Shown here in pieces: positions 40,577 to 50,900 of a stretch of 64,000 nucleotides of DNA. The position numbers and the translations under genes were made by a program. Under the pieces are notes generated by a model. The model did no database searches, was not told the origin of the DNA, and saw nothing but the letters and a program-made list of their open reading frames with translations. The stretch lies in NCBI GenBank assembly GCA_963933055.1, contig CAWVSY010000012.1, forward strand, positions 4,194 through 68,193, given 5' to 3'. Source of the DNA: an uncultured Oleispira sp. (GTDB taxonomy: Bacteria > Pseudomonadota > Gammaproteobacteria > Pseudomonadales > Oceanobacteraceae). How positions within the stretch are numbered: the first letter of the stretch is position 1; each line of letters begins with the position of its first letter.

Positions 40577-41839
40577 ATGAAAAAGAACGTACTCATTATT
40601 GGCGCAGGTGCCGTAGGCGCAGTGGTTGCTCACAAGTGCGCACAGAGTAGCGATGTATTCGCATCCGTTTGCTTAGCTTCTAAAAATGTTGCTAAATGCG
40701 ATGCCATTATCGATTCAGTGAATAGAAAGAATTATCAAACGGTAGCAGGCTTTCAGTTCTATAGTCGAGAAGTGAACGCCGACAATACCGACGACTTGGT
40801 GACGTTGATTCGATCAACCGAAAGCCAGATCGTTATTAATGTCTGCACCGTCTTTGTCAATATGAATATTTTGGATGCTTGCTTAGAAACCGGTGCCGCT
40901 TATATCGATACGGCGGTTCATGAAGATTATAGTGTGATGAATGCACCGTATCCGTGGTATGCCAACTACGAATGGAAAAAGCGTGAATTATGCAAAAAGA
41001 AGGGGGTGACGGCTATTTTAGGCAGCGGTTTTGATCCTGGTGTCGTGAACGCTTATTGCGCTTATGCACAAAAACACGAATTCGATTCCATCGAAAGCAT
41101 CGATATTATGGATGTGAATGATGGCGACCATGGTCATTATTTCTCAACCAATTTTGACCCTGAAGTGAACCTGCGGGAAATCATTGAAGATGCGGGTTGC
41201 TTAGAAGATGGTCAATGGCGCACTTATCCACATCATAGCCGTTCGATGAATTACGATTTTCCTGAAGTGGGTGAGCACAAGTTGTATCTGATGGGACACG
41301 ACGAAGTGCATTCGTTATCGAAAAATATTCCTGGGGTAGAAACTGTACGCTTCTGGATGGGCTTTGGTGATCATTACTTAAAGTGTTTAGAAGTCTTCGA
41401 AAAAGTGGGGTTATTGAATCACGAAACGGTGACAACCAATAATGGTGAAAAAGTGATACCTCTACATACCTTGAAAGCTTGCTTGCCTGACCCTGCGAGT
41501 CTAGCGCCAAAATACAAAGGGAAAACCTGCATTGGCACATTGATTAAAGGTAAGCGCGATGGTCAGGATAAAGAACTGCTTGTTTATAACATCTGTGATC
41601 ATGAAGTAACGTATGCTGATATTGATTCTCAGGCCATCGCCTTCACCGCGGGTGTACCTCCGGTTGCCGCGGCTAAGCTGATTGCAAGTGGCGAATGGGA
41701 TGTTAAAGGCATGGTAAATGTAGAAGAGTTAGACCCCATTCCGTTCTTTGAGCGCTTAGCTGAAATGGGTATTTCTACCGAGGTTTACGACGTAAGTGCC
41801 GATAAAGACAGCCCTGCCAACAGAGTATTGTACGCTTAA
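40577..41839 (+). CDS. Carboxy(nor)spermidine dehydrogenase, copy 2
   Basis: IIGAGAVGAVVAHKCAQ, YIDTAVHED, GSGFDPG, FSTNFDPEVNLRE, GHDEVHSL, SQAIAFTAGVP. Confidence 0.9.
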   Translation: MKKNVLIIGAGAVGAVVAHKCAQSSDVFASVCLASKNVAKCDAIIDSVNRKNYQTVAGFQFYSREVNADNTDDLVTLIRSTESQIVINVCTVFVNMNILDACLETGAAYIDTAVHEDYSVMNAPYPWYANYEWKKRELCKKKGVTAILGSGFDPGVVNAYCAYAQKHEFDSIESIDIMDVNDGDHGHYFSTNFDPEVNLREIIEDAGCLEDGQWRTYPHHSRSMNYDFPEVGEHKLYLMGHDEVHSLSKNIPGVETVRFWMGFGDHYLKCLEVFEKVGLLNHETVTTNNGEKVIPLHTLKACLPDPASLAPKYKGKTCIGTLIKGKRDGQDKELLVYNICDHEVTYADIDSQAIAFTAGVPPVAAAKLIASGEWDVKGMVNVEELDPIPFFERLAEMGISTEVYDVSADKDSPANRVLYA

Positions 41840-42103
41840 TCTATTTTTATAGCGTGTGATCATTGGGCTCATAGAGCTCGATGGTCATCAATCTCACCAT
41901 CTCATTATAAAATACAAAACAGTTAATTAGCATTAGAATCAGAGAGACATAGTTCATGAAATTATTTGGGCAAATAAAATTAGCTTAAATATAAGCTGGC
42001 AGATATCGATAAAAAATGAGTAACTGTTAGTTCAGGTTTTAGGTATTACAGTTATACTATTAGGAGCGCTATTTAATGCCCAACTCAATGCTAGGAGAAG
42101 CGA

Positions 42104-42823
42104 TTGAAATACATTAAATCTTCTCTTATGAGCTTATCCATTATTTTTCTATTATTCACCTCATGCGTAACGTGGGCAAAAGACATTACCATCGCCACAT
42201 TTTCACTTGAAAGCCTGCAAGTAGACAGTGCCATTGCCATCATGACCCCCATTTACAAACGCATCGGTTATGACATGAAGATTCTTCGCTTTCCGGGAAA
42301 ACGATCGGTTGTAGAAGCCGATAAAGGAACAATACAAGGTGAGCTGCTGCGCGTAAAAACGATAGAAAACGATTACCCCAATCTTATTCGAATCCCCTAT
42401 GCCATCGGCTACTTAAACGTAATTGCAATCACCTGTCATGAGCAACCAGAAATCACAGAACTGTCTTCAATCGTGAATCAACGAGTAGGAATTCTGCGTG
42501 GCGTTGAAGTCTTTGATGCCCTTACCAAAAACCTCAAACGAGAAGTAGTGAATAACATTGATAGCCTCTTTGGCATACTGTTTAGTGGCCGAGTTGATGT
42601 AATTTTATTTCCAGAGCTGGATGCCCAGCAATACATAAAAAGCTATGGCATCGCTGAAAAAGTTAACATAGGCCGCAAAGCCATTCTAAAAATGCCGCTC
42701 TACCATTTCGTTCACAAAGACGCATCCAACGTAGCCGACAAGCTAATGCAAGTGATGAAGCCGATGCAAGAAAGTGGCGAACTCGATCGTTTAATTGAAA
42801 AAACAGAAAGCGCCTACGACTAA
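42104..42823 (+). CDS. Periplasmic substrate-binding protein (family 3-like)
   Basis: Signal peptide, RFPGKRSVVEADKG.IQGE, LFSGRVDVI, YHFVHK; TTG start after AGGAG. Confidence 0.7.
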   Translation: MKYIKSSLMSLSIIFLLFTSCVTWAKDITIATFSLESLQVDSAIAIMTPIYKRIGYDMKILRFPGKRSVVEADKGTIQGELLRVKTIENDYPNLIRIPYAIGYLNVIAITCHEQPEITELSSIVNQRVGILRGVEVFDALTKNLKREVVNNIDSLFGILFSGRVDVILFPELDAQQYIKSYGIAEKVNIGRKAILKMPLYHFVHKDASNVADKLMQVMKPMQESGELDRLIEKTESAYD

Positions 42824-42942
42824 AAACTGAAGGGTTTGACATAAACTAACACTTAAAGACTATAAAGCCCGAAGCAGAGCCAGTATCATAGCGCCATTAA
42901 AACCCCTTAATCATGTCTCAATGATAAACGCAGGAAGACACC

Positions 42943-43299
42943 GTGGCGCAAGATCAGGCAGTAACAGAACAAGCAATACCTTCAGAACAAGCGCAGATAG
43001 CACAACAATCTGCCTTAAAAACCCTCACCATCGTTGGCTACTTAGAAGGAACGTCCTTCTTATTACTGCTGTGCATCGCAATGCCATTAAAATACATGAT
43101 GGGAATCCCAGAAGGGGTGAAATACATCGGTATGGCACATGGTGTATTATTCATCGCCTACATTGTTATTCTTATGGGGGCCGCCAATAAAATAAAAATG
43201 CCACTATGGGCCATGCCTGCGGGCGTCATGGGATCGTTTCTACCGCTCGGCCCGTTTGTCTTTGATCACCTGTTGAAAAAAAGCTTAAAGCAGCGCTAA
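42943..43299 (+). CDS. DUF3817 family membrane protein
   Basis: GYLEGTSFLLLLCIAMPLKY...GMAHGVLFIAY...PLGPF. Confidence 0.8.
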   Translation: MAQDQAVTEQAIPSEQAQIAQQSALKTLTIVGYLEGTSFLLLLCIAMPLKYMMGIPEGVKYIGMAHGVLFIAYIVILMGAANKIKMPLWAMPAGVMGSFLPLGPFVFDHLLKKSLKQR

Positions 43300-43302
43300 T
43301 AC

Positions 43303-46300
43303 CTAACGCTGACTCGAATCAGAATACTGTTCTACTCGATCACTTAAGTTATCCAATTCGGTGATCGCCTCAGTAATATCCGAATGGGCGAGCTGTGCTT
43401 TTGTAACAGCTTGTCCCCATTTTAAAGACAGGGTATTCAATGCTGTCAAAGACGTATTTATTTCAGCGATATAGCCATCAAGAATACCTTGCTGTTGCGC
43501 ATCACGTTGTAATCCAGATAATTTAGTCACTTCTGCCCATTGTTGAAAATTATCCAATACCGCTAATAATACCTGCTCACTGGCACCGCTATAACGAATG
43601 AAGGTCAGTTCATTTGGGCTTAAGCGTTCTGATAAAATCCATATGACCTTTTTATACTGCTCAATAACCTGGTTAAGTAATATTAAGCAAGTATGAGCAT
43701 TAAGCGAAACTAGGCTGCCTTCAATATCACGGGTTGTTTCGGCCAGCATCGGGTTGATTGATAATAACTTCATCCATAATCCCAGCTTTTTTGGACCTTC
43801 TAATTGCCCTAGCGTATTTTTCTCTTTGAGTGCTTTAAAGGCCTCATCAATACTGGATAAAACCTGCGATCGTTTAAAGCGCCAGCTAGTGACGCAAATT
43901 GGAATGATTGATAAGCCAGCACGTTCAAATATTTTATAGCGGCTTAGATGAAAGGCATCGGCTTCTTCACCGGCAAAGCCGACTAAATCTATTGCCAGTA
44001 CTTCACTTTCTTTCATCACAACCATGTCCATTTCTATGCCCGCAACAGGATAGTTTAATAGCACGTGGTAATCATCTGCGCGCAAATACGCAATTAAATC
44101 CTTAATGTCGTGATGGCGTTCGCGCTCGCAACGGATTTCAATGTTTTGTATTTTATCGACAGATAAAATGAATTTTTTAAGTAAACTTTTTTCAGGTAAC
44201 TGATCTTCAGGGCAAGAAAGGTAAATCAATTGCCGCTCACGAGCACGAGTAATCGAAACATTAAAGACATCGGTTCGATTAATATAATTAAAGCTTCCGG
44301 CAACGGAGTTATTATCGACCGCGCAAGAAATCAGCATGATATCTCGCTCTTCACCTTGAAACGCATACGGTGTGCCGCAGCGCAGTTTGTGCGCCATGAT
44401 TTCTTCAAGGTTAAAATGTTTAAAAATCTCATCTTGAATGTACTCTGCTTGAGCACGGAAAAACGACAGCACTCCAATAGACAGTTTATATTCGGCTGAA
44501 ACTTTTGATTGATCCAATACCAGTTGGCGAACTTTATTTAAAATGGCCTCAGCTTCTATAAGATTAATACCATTAAGGCGCTCGGCTTGTTCGACATGAA
44601 TAACAGCAATGGAATTTTTTGTTGTTAACGTCGGCTTCTCTGTCATTAGACGTAAGCGGCTATCATAAAAATTTTCATTACTAAAACGAATAATGTCGGG
44701 GGCGCTGCGATAATGTTCATTTAGCATAATAATTGAAGATTGCTGCTGAATATGACGCTGAGCTAAATCAATTAAACTATGATCACGGTAATTAATCTCG
44801 CGGCTCAAGCTATATTTTTCTGATAGCGCTTGCTGTTTGTTTTTTGATAAAAAAGAAATATGACGTAATTGCTTCGGATCTCCTACCACCATCGCGCGTT
44901 TAGCACGTTGTAAGGCCGGTAAACAGGAGGCGATATCGCACTGAGTCGCTTCATCAATAATCACCAAATCAAAAAGTTCAGAAATCAATGGCAGTGTTTT
45001 ATGCAGCCCTTCAAGAGAGCACAACCAAATCGGCATGCTTTCTAATAAAATAGAAAAATCCAAACCGGCCAAAATCTTTTCTTGGCGCGAAGAGGTACGA
45101 GCGCTTAAGGCTGACTTAAATCCGGTTAACTGGCGACGATGATGAAACAGAGTGTGATTAATTTTATTGGTCGCACTATGGTCAATATTTTTAGCTAATA
45201 AATCATCACGTTTTTTATGCAGATTCTGAATTTTCTTCAGACTCTCTTGTAGCAGTCCTTGGCTATTAGAATAGCGTTGGCTCCACCACAATCTAACCTG
45301 CTTTAACCAGCGAAAATTGCCTAGACCCGATTCAAGCTGATGCAATAATTCGCCTTCATGTTCGGCACGTCTAAAGCGCTTAATTAATTCGGCTTCGGCC
45401 ATCCGTAAATCATTATTAACCTGATTCAATGATTTTTTTAACTGAGAGCCTGACGGGCTGCGCTCTTTCGATAACGTATTCTTATGCGATTTTTCTTGCA
45501 GGATGTGATCTAAATGCTGTTTTAGTTCGCGGTGATAACCTTTTGTTCCTGCACGCATGATCGAGGATTGGCTTAAACCAAAGGTCTCTGTGATTTTATC
45601 TTTAATAACATCAATTGCATGTTCATTTTTAGAAACAATTAATACAGACTCGCCTTGCATGAAACGCTCTAACGCTAAACAGGCAATGGTATAGCTTTTA
45701 CCTGTGCCAGGAGGGCCAATCAATAAACTAAACTCAGACTCTGCCGCGCAGGTTAATGCTTCTTTTTGAGCGTTGCTTAAAATACCAGGAATGAGCTGAT
45801 GATTTGCCGGTTTAACATTATGAAATTCACTAGCAAGATCAGCGCCTAAGCTTAATTGCAGCGGTTTAGAAAATTGATCTTCAGCCGCGAGCAAAGACAG
45901 CTCGTCTAAAATCCCCCGAGTGGATATTGATTTTTCAACAACCGCACACGCATCCATCGCGACTAAATAATAATGGCCAAGTTCGATTCCCTTAAATGCT
46001 TTATTAAAAGACGCTTTGTCATGAAACTCAGCCGTGCTTAAAGTAATTGGGATATCGGGGTTAGACGCTGATAGCCGCTCTATAATCGCATCATGTTGAG
46101 TTTGAATATTGTCTGTACTGTTCGCCGAAAAGGCATCTTTTAATGCTTTTTCGTTTGGCCATAGGCTTAATGCAAAGTTGTTCACACTGAGCGATGAGGT
46201 ATCAAGCACTTGCTGTTTTTCTAACGATGCTTCAAAACTGAACAAAGGCGCGCAAACAGTCGATACTGTTGTTTTTCCATAGCGGTTACTTTTTTGCTTA

Positions 46301-46533
46301 CCAATAATAAAGTAAGAAAAATGGCGAAAACTTTTCTCTCGGCGATAACTTTCAATAATGGGTAAAACAGTATTGCGATAATCGTCCGGAACCTGCAAAG
46401 ATCCCGCAGGGCTAAATAAAAGCTGTTCAACTTTGCTGGAAAAGATACTTCCCAATTCATGGCGGCCATTATCGCTCTCAAAACATTCGTGTAAGAAAGC
46501 AATAGCCGCAGCGGTAGTAGAATTAACAGACAT
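43303..46533 (-). CDS. DNA2/NAM7 (Upf1-like SF1) helicase with restriction-endonuclease-like domain and C-terminal helical domain
   Basis: GPPGTGKS, IIDEATQ, VGDPKQL, LNEHYRS, YAFQGEERD, FNVSITRAR; then a Vsr/DUF559-like segment (YPVAGIEMDMVV...AIDLVG); then about 156 aa of helical tail. Confidence 0.88.
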   Translation of the reverse strand: MSVNSTTAAAIAFLHECFESDNGRHELGSIFSSKVEQLLFSPAGSLQVPDDYRNTVLPIIESYRREKSFRHFSYFIIGKQKSNRYGKTTVSTVCAPLFSFEASLEKQQVLDTSSLSVNNFALSLWPNEKALKDAFSANSTDNIQTQHDAIIERLSASNPDIPITLSTAEFHDKASFNKAFKGIELGHYYLVAMDACAVVEKSISTRGILDELSLLAAEDQFSKPLQLSLGADLASEFHNVKPANHQLIPGILSNAQKEALTCAAESEFSLLIGPPGTGKSYTIACLALERFMQGESVLIVSKNEHAIDVIKDKITETFGLSQSSIMRAGTKGYHRELKQHLDHILQEKSHKNTLSKERSPSGSQLKKSLNQVNNDLRMAEAELIKRFRRAEHEGELLHQLESGLGNFRWLKQVRLWWSQRYSNSQGLLQESLKKIQNLHKKRDDLLAKNIDHSATNKINHTLFHHRRQLTGFKSALSARTSSRQEKILAGLDFSILLESMPIWLCSLEGLHKTLPLISELFDLVIIDEATQCDIASCLPALQRAKRAMVVGDPKQLRHISFLSKNKQQALSEKYSLSREINYRDHSLIDLAQRHIQQQSSIIMLNEHYRSAPDIIRFSNENFYDSRLRLMTEKPTLTTKNSIAVIHVEQAERLNGINLIEAEAILNKVRQLVLDQSKVSAEYKLSIGVLSFFRAQAEYIQDEIFKHFNLEEIMAHKLRCGTPYAFQGEERDIMLISCAVDNNSVAGSFNYINRTDVFNVSITRARERQLIYLSCPEDQLPEKSLLKKFILSVDKIQNIEIRCERERHHDIKDLIAYLRADDYHVLLNYPVAGIEMDMVVMKESEVLAIDLVGFAGEEADAFHLSRYKIFERAGLSIIPICVTSWRFKRSQVLSSIDEAFKALKEKNTLGQLEGPKKLGLWMKLLSINPMLAETTRDIEGSLVSLNAHTCLILLNQVIEQYKKVIWILSERLSPNELTFIRYSGASEQVLLAVLDNFQQWAEVTKLSGLQRDAQQQGILDGYIAEINTSLTALNTLSLKWGQAVTKAQLAHSDITEAITELDNLSDRVEQYSDSSQR

Positions 46534-46552
46534 AAAACCAACAGGCCTAAAA

Positions 46553-47698
46553 CTAAGTCAAATCTAATAGAATTTGATTGTGCTCTGTGTCACTTGCACC
46601 TAAAGCAGCCAAGCTGGAATCCATCTGAGCGGTTAACTCGCTCATTTCGCTGATGGAGTGCGACATCGCAGGGATGGCCTCACGGCGAAAACGACTAATA
46701 TCGTCAATAGTAATTAGAATACTTTCAAAAGATTGCTTTAGATTATTGATATCCAGCTGTGCAGAAGCCGCTTGCTTATGAATATCGCCTGCTTGCTGCT
46801 TTAAGGCTTGGGAGGTTTGAGCAATCAAATCGTCGGTTGTGGCATTAATCGCACTAATGCTATCAGAGATATTCTTTTGTGACTGCAAAGCAATCGCCAA
46901 AGATGCGGCGATATTCAGTGCCGATACCGTCACATTTAATGCTCTTGATACCCCTCTGATTAATTCACGATTATTTTTAATGATAATGTCTGAAGTTAAA
47001 ATGCCTTGTTGATTCACCGCCAGCTGCTGTTGCAAGTCTAAAGTACGTTGCTTCAAGGAAAATAACAGCTCTTCTTCAATAAACTTACGCTGCTCAGGGC
47101 TAATGCTATTATCAGATGATAAGCGCTGACTGATTTTTTCATCGAGTAAAATGCAAAAGCTTAGATAATCTTTCAGCTGAAAAACCAGCTCTTTCATCTC
47201 AACTTGGTCTTGGCTTAGCGTCACATTATCGCGTTCCAGCTGAGATTGGCCATCTTTCAGGTCTTTCACAATCCCTTGAATGATACTGTCTACCGTTTGA
47301 AACTTTGCAAACCAACGAGAAATCGGCGTGCCAATAGCGGGTATTTTCGCTAACCAACGGCGTAAACCACTCATATTAAAATCAACCTTATTAGGATTGA
47401 TTTTATACGTTTGCTCTTGCAACGCGATTAACGAATGGCTAACCGACCCTTCTTTAGACTCACTCACCAACTTAGCTAAAGGCTGCTTTAACAAATGGCT
47501 GCGCTTAGCCAGCTGCTGCTGAACGCCAACCCCAAGCTTTCTAATGGCGATAGAATGTTGCTGTAAGTTGCTAACATCTTGCATGTCTAAATGAAAAAAT
47601 TGATTTACTAATGTTTCTGATTGTTCTTCTAGCTTAGAAGCGGTCTGAGGGGAAAGGGCGGTGATCTCTGCTGAGGTGCCAGTAATCTGAGTCGACAT
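46553..47698 (-). CDS. telA: Toxic anion resistance protein TelA/KlaB family
   Basis: Coiled-coil; GQSQLERDNVTL, QRTLDLQQQLAVNQQGILTSDIIIKNNRELIRGVSRA..VTVSAL; start ATG 47698 after AAGGA. Confidence 0.88.
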   Translation of the reverse strand: MSTQITGTSAEITALSPQTASKLEEQSETLVNQFFHLDMQDVSNLQQHSIAIRKLGVGVQQQLAKRSHLLKQPLAKLVSESKEGSVSHSLIALQEQTYKINPNKVDFNMSGLRRWLAKIPAIGTPISRWFAKFQTVDSIIQGIVKDLKDGQSQLERDNVTLSQDQVEMKELVFQLKDYLSFCILLDEKISQRLSSDNSISPEQRKFIEEELLFSLKQRTLDLQQQLAVNQQGILTSDIIIKNNRELIRGVSRALNVTVSALNIAASLAIALQSQKNISDSISAINATTDDLIAQTSQALKQQAGDIHKQAASAQLDINNLKQSFESILITIDDISRFRREAIPAMSHSISEMSELTAQMDSSLAALGASDTEHNQILLDLT

Positions 47699-47903
47699 TC
47701 TAAGTTCCTTCTTAAGGCATATAATCAATACATAGGGGTGAATATAGATAAATAGGGTCGCAATTATACCTGCTAATTACTGATGATTGAATAATTAATA
47801 AACAGACGTGTGTCTAGTTTCTAATACAAAAAAATGCTACATTCTGGCAAAATTATTTACCTCGTTAGCCAACGCAAAACAAGCCACGACAAGGAACCGT
47901 CTT

Positions 47904-50900
47904 ATGCTCAAACGCTCATTCTTTTGGATAGCATCAGCACTCTTATTGCAACTAACATTTTTGCAGATATCCGGCTGTAGCGACTCATCAAATACGGAAG
48001 CCTCAAAGCCCGCGAAAGAGGCAACGGTCATTTCGCAACAGAATAACCCTTGGCTGCAGGTTTTGCGCTCGCATACTACGGGGCAGCTATCACGATTTGG
48101 CAGTATTGACCTGCACTTCAATCAAGACCTTCCTAAAAGCCAAGAACTTGCACAAAATTCACAACTGGCTCAGCAATTATTAAGCTTTGAACCCGCTATC
48201 GAAGGCACCGCGACCTTAGTTAATAAGCGTCACTATCGCTTTACGCCTACGCAGCCATTGCCATCGGGCCAAGCGTATAGCGCAACGCTATCAGCACAAG
48301 CGGTTGCGTTGACTCAAGAAGGTAGCGAAGATTTTGTCTTTAACTTCAATGTTATTGAACAAGCCTTCGAAATAAAAATGAACGGCTTAGAAGTTAACCA
48401 AGATGGCAGCATGAAGCTGCAAGGCGAGTTAAATACCGCAGACGTTACCGTGATAGACGACATCAAACACATTATTAGCGCGAGCGTTCAAAATCAGAGC
48501 TTAAACGTCGATTGGGAAAAAGAAACAAAAGCACAAAAACAACACCGCTTCACCATCAACAATATTCAACGTAAAGACAGCGCAGCCATACTCATCGTTA
48601 AATGGAATGGTGCGGATATCAATGTTGCATCAACAGGAGAGCGCAAATTTGAAGTTCCTGCGTTAGGCCAGTTTGTTGTCTCATCGATTGTCGCCTTGCA
48701 AGGCAGCGATCAAACCATTGAAATAAACTTTTCAGAACCTTTATTGAAAAAACAAAACCTAAAAGGTCTGATTCAAGTATCAACGGGGACGGTTAAAACC
48801 CGCATCGAAGAAGCCAAAATCACCCTATACCCTAGCAGTGTGATTAGCGGCGAATTTGAAATAACGCTGGATTCGAATATTAAAAATGCCCAAGGTTTTA
48901 ACTTAGGAAAATCATTCTCTGAAACCTTGCACTTTTTAAGTAAAAAACCTGCGGTACGCTTTACTGGCCAAGGCAATATTTTGCCGATTAGTGATAAGTT
49001 AAGTATTCCTTTTGAAGCCACCAATGTTGATTCCATTCAAGTGACGGCCTTTCAAATACAAGAACATAGCATGCCGCAGTATTTTCAAGAGAACCAACTG
49101 AATACAACCTATAACTTGCACCGTGTAGGGCGTCATATTTGGCGTAAAACCGTGCAGTTAAAAACCCCCGTTGCCGACCAATGGAATCGCTTTAACTTAG
49201 ATGTTCGCCAGCTGGTACTGGATAACCCAGGCAGCTTGTTCCGCTTTGAATTGTCGATTAACCGCTCCAATTCCATTTTGACCTGCTCTGAAGCCGATAA
49301 TAATATTCCGGTTACAAAAGAAAATGCGCCGAGTAATTATGAAGATGAATACATCAGTGAAAGCAGCGCTTGGGATGGTATAGAAGGGTATTACGGTCAG
49401 AATCAAAATACATCAATCAGCTGGAATGATAGAGAAAACCCTTGTCGAGACGGTTTTTATCAATACGGCAGCCAAATAAAAGATCAAAGAAACTTCATTG
49501 CTAGCAACATCGGCTTAATCGCTAAAAAAGGCGAAGATAACCAGCTAGTGGTTATTGCAACCGAGCTGAGCAGTGGTTTGCCGTTGCCTGCCGCGCAGAT
49601 AGAAATCCGTAATTTTCAAAACCAAACCATTGCCTCGGAGACTACCGATAACAATGGTTTTGCCGAAGTTGCCTTAAACAGCACCCCGTTTTTGATTGTT
49701 GCAAGCACGCATAATAGCCATCAAGACAGCGGCCCTAAAGATATTGGTTATTTAAAAATTAACAAAGCTCAAGCCATTTCAACCAGCCACTTTAATGTGG
49801 GTGGCAAGGTGGTTAAAGACGGTATTAAAGCGCAAATTTATACCGAACGTGGGGTATGGCGACCAGGGGATAAAATCTTTTTAACCGTCGTGATTGAAGA
49901 TAAAGCGGATCAAATACCTGATAATCACCCACTCATGTTAGAACTGATTAACCCAAAAAATCAGCGTGTTAGCGTACAAGTCAATGCCAAACCCGTGGGT
50001 GGTTTGTATGCATTTACCTTAGAAACCGCCGAAGAAGACGAAACCGGAAACTGGAAAGCCATCGCGAGTCTGGGTAGCTTAAAGTTTGAGCACAATATTA
50101 AGATTGAAATGGTGAAACCCAACCATCTAAAAATGAACATGGATCTTGCGAGTGACGATATTCGTGCTTATCAAGTAGGGCGTTATGGCAGTGATGCCAA
50201 ACTTGAAGGTGAGTTTTTCTCGCAGTGGTTGCACGGTGCAAAAGCTTCCGGTTTAAAAACAATTTTAAACTTATCGATGTCGCCACAAAAAACCCGTTTT
50301 GATACCTACAACGACTTTAAATTTGACGATCCGGCAAAAGAATTCCGCAGCCAAAACGATGAAATTGCTACTTTCGAATTGGATAACGACGGCAAAGCCA
50401 ACGTCAGTGCAGACATTAACATCGCCTCCTTACCCGCGGGCAAATTACGCGGCAGCTTAACCAGTCGTGTCTTTGAACCGAGCGGTGATTTTAGTATTGC
50501 TAAGCAAAGTTTAGACATTCACCCGTACCAGCACTATGTCGGCATGCAAATGCCAAAAGGCGATGCTGCGCGCGGCATGTTATTAACCGATCAAAAACAC
50601 CCCGTTGAATTGGTCGTGGTTGATGCCGATGGCAAACCCCTACAAGGTAAGCAAAAGCTTCACCTAACCTTGTACAAATTATCGTGGAAATGGTGGTGGG
50701 ATAGCAGCAGTGATGATCAGCTAGCCAACTACGTTAGCCGCCATTCCAATAGCATACTTAAGCAAGAAGACATTGATATAAGCAATGGCCAAGGCCAGTG
50801 GAAATTTGAAGTAAAATACCCAGATTGGGGTCGTTACATGATTCGTGCTTGTGATAAAAAAGGCCTGCATTGTACTGGCCAAGTATTCTACATGGACTGG

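Noticed and set aside
41858-41886. 13-bp G-U hairpin after the last siderophore gene
   Set aside because: Plausible 3' stabiliser or terminator but has no U tract; ordinary and weakly supported
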